Below, in pieces: positions 51,909 through 64,000 of a DNA stretch of 64,000 nucleotides. Where the stretch lies: NCBI GenBank assembly GCA_965637545.1, contig OZ281495.1:25544001-25608000 (forward strand). Direction: 5' to 3'. Position 1 is the stretch's first letter; each line of letters opens with the position of its first letter. Both the position numbers and the translations under genes were made by a program. Origin of the DNA: Phallusia mammillata. Lineage: Eukaryota. The notes under the pieces are model-generated. The model was given only the letters and a program-made list of their open reading frames with translations, did no database searches and was not told where the DNA came from.

Positions 51909-52127
51909 CAGTGGACGGCAACCGCTGGTCCGCGAGGAGTTCGTTAACGGGCCGTATAATTTGTCAGGTTAAATGCTATGAAACAATTTGCCCATGTATT
52001 CCGAGGATGCTAAACTAAATTAAGCGTTTTCATTGCGAAATATTTGTAGTTTTTTGAAGACTGGTCCGCGATAAACTTTCGCTTTTTTGAAAACGGTCCG
52101 CAGTGCAAAAAAGGTTGCCGACCCTGG
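51909..52127. mobile_element. hAT (Buster-like) MITE
   Basis: Imperfect TIRs CAGTGGACGGCAACC and GGTTGCCGACCCTGG; TSD AATTAAAT on both sides; subterminal ACCGCTGGTCCGCG shared with 38408-38766. Confidence 0.72.
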
Positions 52128-53060
52128 AATTAAATGATTGATTTATTAAAAGGCGTATAGCCTGTGCAGTTGATGAGACACACTACAAAGTAATAACAAC
52201 AGCTTTTCTGACTTATTTTTTAGGTCGTCATAAATAACTTATTACGTTTTCGTTTGTTGTTTGCTACTACTTTTAAAAGTAGTGACAAATGGCTTTTCAT
52301 TAGAAAAATCACTTAGCATGATTTTCAAAAAATTGTTTCGTCGGAAAAATTTGTCAGTAAACATGTAAAAAGCTTACATGCGCCTCATTGCTCAATACAC
52401 TTCCTGACTTTAAAGTCTGAAGAATCTGCAAGTACAAAATATAGTTGAGTTTGTCGAATGAGTGTGTAGTTTGGTTTTGGCTTCGCCGCTGGAGAAAAAA
52501 TCAAATCTAAAAATGGAACTAATACTTTCATGGATCTGTTTGAAATGTTTTTAGTCTACAGGATAACAACATAATTTATTTCAAATTATTATTACATTTC
52601 AATTTTGAAATAGGTATACCACAAATTATTTTGTCATAGTCGAGTATAGAAATCATGCTAAACAATCGCTTCGGAAAAATACGAACCTGTGTGAAAATAA
52701 AAAAATCCATGCATGGATATTGCACATTTTTTCCGTGCTGTGCTATCTAGTTAAAGTACTTCATAATAGTTTATAGTTTTGTCTTCTGAATACAAGAGGT
52801 AAGTTTTGTAAACAAAAATTTTAAACTGGATAATTACTAAAGCGTGCAGCTGTTGACATACCTCTGCATTCTGCACTTGCAGCACACTTGGTAAAATAAA
52901 ACTAAAACAGAAAAACATACATTTCTGAGTTCTGACGGTGACATGTCCCATTACTGGAATACTTGGTTTCATATATCAAGCGTTATCTTATATTTGATAT
53001 TAAAGTTGTTAAAATGTTGAACAATTCTTTTCAGGCTAATTATAGAATAGCGAAAACGTG

Positions 53061-54101
53061 ATGACATCAGAACTGTGGAAAACATTTGAAGATCATTTTC
53101 CAAAAGTTGTACAAGCTCTGTCATCTCCTGATGGCAAACATGCTGGGAATGGCATTACATGGAGTTATGAGAGAATTAAGGAGGTTTTGGAATACAATGT
53201 TCCTTTTGGTAAAAGAACCCGTGGTTTGACTGTTGTTTCTTCATTTAAATTGCTAATGGGCAACTGTTCACAAGAAGAACTAGAAATTGCTTTGAGTGTG
53301 GGCTGGGCTGTTGAAATATTGCAGGCATCATTTTTGGTGGCTGACGATGTGATGGACCAATCTCAAACACGAAGAGGACAACTGTGCTGGTTTCGCAAAC
53401 CTGGAATTGGACTACAGGCCATTAATGACAGTATGATTCTTGAGTCATGTGTATTTTCTATCCTGAGACTATTTTGTCGCAAAAAATCATTCTATGCTGA
53501 TTTAGTGGACTTATTTCATCAAGTTATACTGAACACTGAAATGGGGCAAAGTCTAGACATGCTAACATCAGAGCAACCAACTTTGGACTTGAAAGAATTT
53601 ACTCCTGATAGATATGCTGCCATGATCAAGTACAAAACTGCTTACTACTCATTTTATTTACCAGTGGCTGTGGCAATGTACATGGCAGGCATTTCAGATG
53701 CTGAATCTCATGAGCAGAGCTGTAGCATTTTGTGTAAAATTGGGTCCCTTTTCCAAATACAGGATGATTATTTAGACCTTTACGGTGATCCTGCTGTAAC
53801 TGGCAAAATTGGAACTGATATTGAAGAGTCTAAATGTTCCTGGTTGGTTATTGAAGCACTTAAAAGAGTAACAGATGAACAGTGCAAAGTATTAGAGACA
53901 TGTTATGGCCAAAAAGATCCGGAAAAAGTGCAAGGAGTGAAAGACTTGTATAGAAATCTTGAACTCGAGGCAGCTTTTAAACAGTTTGAAGAAGTGACCT
54001 ACAATGACATTTGTTCAGAAGTTGAAGGAATTGCCAACTCCAGCATACCAAAAGAAATTTATTTGAACCTTTTGAAGAAAATTTATAAGCGACAAAAATA
54101 A
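53061..54101 (+). CDS. FDPS: Farnesyl diphosphate synthase family, single coding exon (346 aa)
   Basis: GKRTRGL, FARM ASFLVADDVMD...RRGQLCW, AINDS, TEMGQSLD, YKTAYYSFYLP, SARM FQIQDDYLD, KIGTDIE, C-terminal KIYKRQK*. Confidence 0.95.
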   Translation: MTSELWKTFEDHFPKVVQALSSPDGKHAGNGITWSYERIKEVLEYNVPFGKRTRGLTVVSSFKLLMGNCSQEELEIALSVGWAVEILQASFLVADDVMDQSQTRRGQLCWFRKPGIGLQAINDSMILESCVFSILRLFCRKKSFYADLVDLFHQVILNTEMGQSLDMLTSEQPTLDLKEFTPDRYAAMIKYKTAYYSFYLPVAVAMYMAGISDAESHEQSCSILCKIGSLFQIQDDYLDLYGDPAVTGKIGTDIEESKCSWLVIEALKRVTDEQCKVLETCYGQKDPEKVQGVKDLYRNLELEAAFKQFEEVTYNDICSEVEGIANSSIPKEIYLNLLKKIYKRQK

Positions 54102-54603
54102 ATACTCCTCAAACTGATATCGAAAAATCAAACGAATTTTTGTAAGCATTATATTTTAGATTTGTCACATTTAGTCACGATAATTGTGAAAATGCAGTTT
54201 GTTTTGCACTGTCTCTATCCCAAAACAACTCAACTTATTGCAAATATTTTTGATTACATGTTCTGTTTGTGATTTTTCATTCTAATGATAACTAAATTAT
54301 GTTTCAAGGAAAATTTTCCAATTCGATTGTGTCTTTAAAGAGAATACATGTGTATCAGTTAAATATGCCTTACAAACCACTGCCACATAGAACATTTGGC
54401 CCTGTAAGCCATGGCTGCTCGACCTGGGTACCATATAACAATCAATTTATTTTCTTTTGCAAGCTTGTATTTAGCAAGGGCAAATGGTAATTCACTGTTT
54501 TGTTTTCACGTTGTTGGTGACATTTTGTATCAAAATACTAATTTCTGACAATCGATGTTGCCAATGTTATCCATTTTATGGAACAAAAGTCTGAAACTTT
54601 CAT

Positions 54604-56779
54604 TTAAAAACTAGTTTCTTCTTCCTCATTGAAATCTGCTTCAGTGCCCGCAAATTGCAATATTGAATAGGGCGGCGGTTTTGAAACGCCATTTCGCCCA
54701 TTGTATACTTGCGCCGAAGGTGAACGAGCCAAAGGGAGTCTACCAAGGTTCACCCAATCTTGGCTACAATCGCTGCCTCTCGCGTCGTGCTTTCGAGCAG
54801 AACTGGGCCCTGATATGCATTCTTTGTTATCATGGAGGCTATATCGGCTTTGACGTCTGGTGGCATGGTTTTTGTCATACATCGTAAGGCCGCTTAGTGT
54901 CGCGGCTCTTGGTAGCTTGTAAGTAGGTCCAGGATTTTGATCTACGAACCCACATGAAATTGGACGGTGTGTTGGCAGATGTGTCCACGATACTGCTGGA
55001 CTCCCGTGCATGTGACTGTTATGTGGCGACTCGTCGAATGAGGCCAGATTGCTATGCGAATATATGACCATTGGTTTAGATTGCTATACGAATACATGAC
55101 CATTGGTTTAGATTGCTATACGAATACATGACCATTAGTTTAGATTGCTATACGAATACATGACCATTGGTTTAGATTGCTATACGAATATATGACCAAT
55201 TGGTTTAGATTGCTATACGAATACATGACCATTGGTTTAGATTGCTATACGAATACATGACCATTAGTTTAGATTGCTATACGAATACATGACCATTGGT
55301 TTAGATTGCTATACGAATACATGACCATTGGTTTAGATTGCTATACGAATACATGACCATTAGTTTAGATTGCTATACGAATACATGACCAATTGCGTGC
55401 AGATTGCGTAATTACACAGGATCTTTCCAACGACCCAAGTTTTCGTGTGTTTACGGTAAAGACAAAAACGCCTAAATAAAGTCCCTACGCACAAATATAT
55501 ACCCATACAGTCATACACCACGTGCACTGACCTTTCAAATCTTGAGCTGTGAAAGTTACGAGAGTTTGCGTCGTAACGAATTTCATCGTGGGTTCGTTCT
55601 CTTTCATTTTGGTAGGCAAACTGAAAGAAACATAAAACCTCTTGCTTATAACTTACGTCGATTTTAAACTAATGTCCCGTAAATATCTCGATACATTTGA
55701 AAATACCTTGTCATTTTTCTGCTTTTGTTTGGAGCAGAGGGCAATCGAATGTAGCCCCGTGGAAAGAAAAGACACTAGACAGGCAGCAGCGTACACGATT
55801 AGCAGCAAAACCGTTACTGGGGGCATTGTAAATTCGATTGTGGCACAACTGGACACCCCATCGAAAACTGAACCTACATCGTTTAAATTGAAAATTTAAA
55901 TAATCGAAAGCGTGGACTTGTACTACAGCTTTTGACTGTATATTAAACCATTATTTTTACACGGAAAGCTATATTACCACAACTGAAAATGACAAAAGGC
56001 CTACAGCCCTACAATATAATATTTCGCTTGCCTGAACATTCTCCGTTCATCTGTACATCTCGTTCGTTGCATGCTACACAAGATTCCTCTTCAGGGATGT
56101 ACCGGTAGTGACGAAACGATGAGAAGAGGGGCAACGTTGTCATGACAACCGACAGCATATTGGCTAGGGACACAATACAGGCACTCATGCTCGTGAAGAT
56201 ACCTCCAAGCAGCTACAGTAATATAGAAGTTTGAGTACAAGCTAATTTCTACTTTTGTTTAATATTGGTGAAATCTCTAACCAAATATGAATTGGCCACC
56301 TTCACACCAACAATGCAGCTTAAGCCCGACAGCAACGCCATAATAGCACAAACGTAGACCGGCAGGGGAAACTGTAAATGCTGACTGACGCTTTTTGGGA
56401 TGAACGTCAATATTGCTTCAACTGTTCCCAGAACAATTCCACAAGCCTAAACATTAATTTTGGAAATAATATACAAATCATAGGAATTATTCTTTCAAAG
56501 TTAGATAAGCATGTTGTCTATTGACACAAAAACTTTAGGATTAAAGTAAACTTACTAGCTGAAGAGCTCCAAATGTGACAGAAAAACCAAGCAAACACGC
56601 ACGCACTTTTGACGGTCTTCTTTGCACAACTGAAGAGTTTGGAACACTTTTTGTGTCGTCATAATCGCTCTGATCAACAATCCTATAAAATCAAAATACT
56701 ATGTCCACAGATTTGTCAGACAATTCTGTGACACTTACTTAAAAACCTCTTACCTTCGCATGGAATCGTGTCTGTCCAT
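54604..56779 (-). CDS. CD20/MS4A-fold four-pass membrane protein (sarcospan/FAM189-ENTREP-like) with a C-terminal PPPY motif, about 395-400 aa
   Basis: Phase-consistent exons 56779-56754, 56682-56556, 56446-56300 (or 56282), 56212-56032, 55873-55707, 55620-55532 and 55051-54604. Four hydrophobic segments (GALQLACGIVLG...), a Cys-containing TM3-TM4 loop ending FDGVSSC, and tail KPPPYS. Confidence 0.78.
55046..55395. repeat. 32-bp minisatellite, about 11 copies, overlapping the 3' splice site of the tetraspan terminal exon
   Basis: Unit AGATTGCTATACGAATACATGACCATT(G/A)GTTT; one 33-bp unit; the A variant occurs in units 3, 7 and 10; no spacers. Confidence 0.97.
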
Positions 56780-57424
56780 TCTAAACTTCCAGGCTCATTG
56801 TTAAGGTGAATCTTGCAATGTATAGCATACGAGTGCTGTCGAATTACACTTAGCGCTGTACAGCCAATACATTATTTATACCTTTCTGTAAGCAACATCC
56901 AGCGCTGAATGCCCCGCCTTGCATTCAATTTCGACAACGGTGGCATTTTTTAATTAAGTTTAGTATGTCACATTTCTTGTTATCAGTATCAAATTCATGG
57001 AATTTTGTTTTATTCAAATCGTACCCGTGGAGTTGGCCTGTTTTCTAAATATATGTTTGGGAAAGGCGAATACTTCGGAGAAAATGCATGTATTTGGTCA
57101 ATAACACACATTTCAAATTCACAAAAGATAAGAATATTGCACAGAGACGTACGATACGATTTTCCAAGCGCCACAAATTTAAGCTTTGAACCAAAAAGGA
57201 ATGTGCAAAAAAGTCATAAAAGCTTGGTCTTTGCAATTTCACGCAAGTTTACCACAAAAGCTATAAACCTACACTACAAGAGGTTTATATGATCAGTAGT
57301 TATGTGAAGAGTAAACACACAGTGATACAAATGAAAAGGACTGAGATGGTAATACATACTCAGCCCTACTAAGTGCCGTGCAGACCTCACAGATGGTGAC
57401 AGTAAATTTTTACAGTGTACTTTC

Positions 57425-60923
<3,499 letters not shown>

Positions 60924-61412
60924 TCAGAGTTTTTCGTGATTCACACTTACAGTTTCTTGTCAAATACAACAAAACAAAACAAGGGGAAATTACCAAAATA
61001 TCAAATAAAACCACTGAAGCGTAAAGTTAATCACAAGTATGTCGCATATCGCTTCCTGCGTGTCGCCTTTAATTTTAACGATATCGTACAATCATTTCCT
61101 CAGTGGAGTTGAGTTGAGTTTATTTCGCCGGTGATACAAATTGTAGCAGCACAATTGCGCTAAAATATTCACCAAGCCGGAAATAGCCTCAAACAAGTTT
61201 GTTTGTTTTTGTCGAAACGTCAGATTAGTAAAATGACTTCGTTCTGTGCATGTTAGTGGCATTTGTTTGTTTCAAAATTCTTCCAGTCTGTATTTGTGCA
61301 GCTAAGTTTCCGACAACACGTAAGTTTGGTTTATTATCACGGAAAGATCGTTTGATTTCAACAAATCGAATTTGGTTCACAGAAAAATAACGTTGAACTT
61401 TTGCTGAATTGA

Positions 61413-63087
61413 TCAGGCTCTTGGCTTGTGTGTTGGCGTTGTGTTCTTTACCCGAAACAACCTTTTCAGCATGTATGTCTGTAGGTATGCCACGGCACAT
61501 ATCAACACAATCATACCCATCGATATTCTGCAAATAAGAAAATGATATTTTAAACATGTCAATACAAGAATTAGGTTTAAGTCGGATCATATCATGGAAA
61601 AATTCCGCAATCAAAACAATGATACTACTGGTACAAAAAGCTAATCAATTTTTGCACATTTATTTATGCAATAAGTTTTTCGGCTACTCGTTCTTGCCTG
61701 CTATACAGTAGGCTACCGATGAGGAAAAGCATTTCAGTACCTGTCGATGTAGACTTTGTTGTATTCCATGGCAGCCAGGTCGCCTTTTTCCAAAACACGA
61801 GCGAAGCGTAGAAAGAACTCCACGTGGAAGACACTGCCGAACATAACATGCACGCGTTCCTAAATAAACAAACTTCGTATGTTACCCGGCATCAGAAAAA
61901 AAAACTGCCACTACATAAACCTCTCTGACCCCAAAAAACAAACTTGGATCTAAAACAATAATGAAAAGTACAGTGGGATACGTTATAATTTAGGTCGGGC
62001 TTTTCTGGCCAAAATCGAATTAATATTTAAAAGAATAAAGCTTTTGTTTGTTTCAAGATGTAAAGTTTATTTTATTATTTTATTACCGCCATGTCCTGGT
62101 AAAATCGAGCTGTTCCATTCAATTCTACTTCGTTTTCCAACCCCTCGTCAACGTAAGGGACGATGACACCAAGGAACACTTGTGTCTTTTTTTCAGTGAA
62201 ACGGCCGGCATAGTTATTGAAGCAAATGGCATAATCGCCTGGTTTAATGATAAAATCGTATGAATGCAGTTTTGTGTTGAAATAAACAAGTAAAACTCCA
62301 CATTATGACCCGTATTATATTTTGACAATCAAAAAGCCAGATCAACCGAAAACGTTGCTTTGTGAATCGTGGTAATTTGTCATTACCAATTAGCAACGAA
62401 TATAGGCTAATTACCAAATTGGAAATGTATATATAAACAGGTCATTGTTAGTAGATTTGACATGGATTTATCTGTATAATTTCGAGTTTTAAATTTTTCA
62501 AACAAATGCTTTTACCTTCATCGGTAACTTCGCTAAACGGACTTTCGAAGGACTCAGTCAAATACGATGATATGAGATAGTTGTGTGAAGGGCCACGTAC
62601 ATCCATAGAAATAGTGTTGTCGGCCATTGCTGTTTTGGGAGTAAGAACCTAAACCAAAATCGATTGGCATCTTTAATCAACAAATTTACCAGAACCAAAA
62701 TTACTAAAAAATCAAACAAGTTTTTAACGTAAAACATATTCTGCCTGCTAGGCTATTTTTTCAGAGCAGACAAATGGCCACCAGAGCAGGCAATAAAACA
62801 TGCTCTTAAAGTTTGGTAAGCATTGTCGCAGATCTTTTTACCATTTTGTAGCAAAAAAGCGGTAACTTGTGACAAACCCTGTAAGACAATTTGAATTTTG
62901 CTCCTTGTTGCAAGTACTGATAAAAGCATTCCCTCTGTCTCGCGGCCAGAATAAATATGAACTCTAGTCCATTTTCTTGCTTGTCCAGACCGATCTTTGT
63001 GAAAGTTGCCTGCGAATCGACGGATTGCGACAGATACAGCACAAAAATAAACAAAACCGACAAAACAAAACTAAGTTGCGCTGACAT
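61413..63087 (-). CDS. p24/TMED cargo receptor, gamma-subfamily-like (signal peptide, GOLD domain, coiled coil, TM)
   Basis: MSAQLSFVLSVLFIFVLYLS...EFIFILAARQRECFYQ; DVRGP; GDYAICFNNYAGRFTEKK; last exon 61527-61413 ISMGMIVLICAVAYLQTYMLKRLFRVKNTTPTHKPRA*. The exact paralog cannot be assigned. Confidence 0.88.
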
Positions 63088-64000
63088 TTTGGGTTTAATA
63101 CATCAGAAGACTTGTAATCTGTTGTGAGTCCTAGCGCCTTCATAACACGTAAAAAAGCATATGCCATGTTCCATGAGAAAATACAGTGAAGCGCAGATGT
63201 TGTCGGCGCAACGTCACTGCGACAACAAACGCTGTGTGGCTCTTGAGTAGGGACGTCTTGTTTTGAAAAAAATCCCCCAAAATTCACTCTAATGCTATTT
63301 TTTAGATTATGTCGCCTTTTAAAAAGTAAATCCTTAAACGATCTCTACATTATACACGATGATGCAAACATCAATATCATTGCCATCAATATCACTTTTT
63401 TTTATCCACCTATAGTTAGATCCACACCTATAGTTAGTTTTTTATAGCCAGCGTTATACGCTAGCATTTTTTGAAGGTTTTTGGTTCAAAACTATCCGAA
63501 ATTTAAATTATACATGTTAACGTTCTTTATGGGCGCCGGTACGTAACTTGCTACCCTCTTCAATGTATTTCAATGTAGGTGTACCTAATGCAAATATAAC
63601 TTGTTTTGTCGACAAACTTGATGAATGTATCATGCTCAAAGAAGTGATGGAGAGAAACTCCCTGAATGTCTAAACAAAGAAGCGTGATGATATCTGCCTT
63701 GCTTAAATATCTAATGTTGTTTCCATTATATCTGCCGTTTTACTGTATTTGGAACAAACAAAATGGTATATACAAGACATATATGGTGTTTTTTCACGTA
63801 GAGTGAGTAGAGTGAAGCAGGTATAAGGCGACGCAATTGTGCTGTATACAATTTATGCCTACGTAAGTGTCGAAACTTGCCCCCTCTTGCAAATTTTTCT
63901 GCCGCCTTCCATGACCGTCTTTTGTGTCTGCATTGTTTCCAGGTCACGTTGTTTTAACGTCACTCGCGTATCGTCGGGGAAATCCCAGCGAAATAGAAAA

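Noticed and set aside
53061-54101. Horizontal transfer of the intronless FDPS
   Set aside because: Motifs and the KIYKRQK C-terminus are animal-like and base composition matches the host; the SF motif alone can be convergent.
55046-55395. 32-bp repeats as a CRISPR array
   Set aside because: Units are contiguous with no unique spacers, there are no cas genes, and the context is eukaryotic; it is a minisatellite.

Overview
Eukaryotic, AT-rich, compact animal genomic DNA with many short GT-AG introns (about 55-500 bp). The gene content and unpaired splice acceptors just 5' of several ATGs suggest a tunicate/ascidian-like invertebrate chordate (inference, not proven). There are no prokaryotic systems, CRISPR arrays or rRNA genes. 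Genes I could splice by hand, left to right: (1) an orphan with a 3-kb low-complexity exon carrying three acidic YxxM motifs; (2) Epac/RAPGEF4-like; (3) PSAT1; (4) a minus-strand secreted protein with three tandem copies of a domain I cannot name; (5) tRNA-Ala(AGC), in an intron of gene 4; (6) CSTPP1/C11orf49; (7) WFIKKN; (8) an intronless FDPS with a non-standard chain-length motif; (9) a CD20-fold tetraspan with a PPPY tail; (10) WDR13; (11) a p24-gamma/TMED gene. About ten non-autonomous hAT-type MITEs are present, most with exact 8-bp TSDs, one nested inside another. Best leads: a 32-bp minisatellite that multiplies the 3' splice site of the PPPY-coding terminal exon, the unnamed triple-repeat secreted protein, a candidate internal first exon of Epac, the SF-type FDPS, and a Penelope-type minimal hammerhead motif. 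All gene models are manual and lack transcript support.
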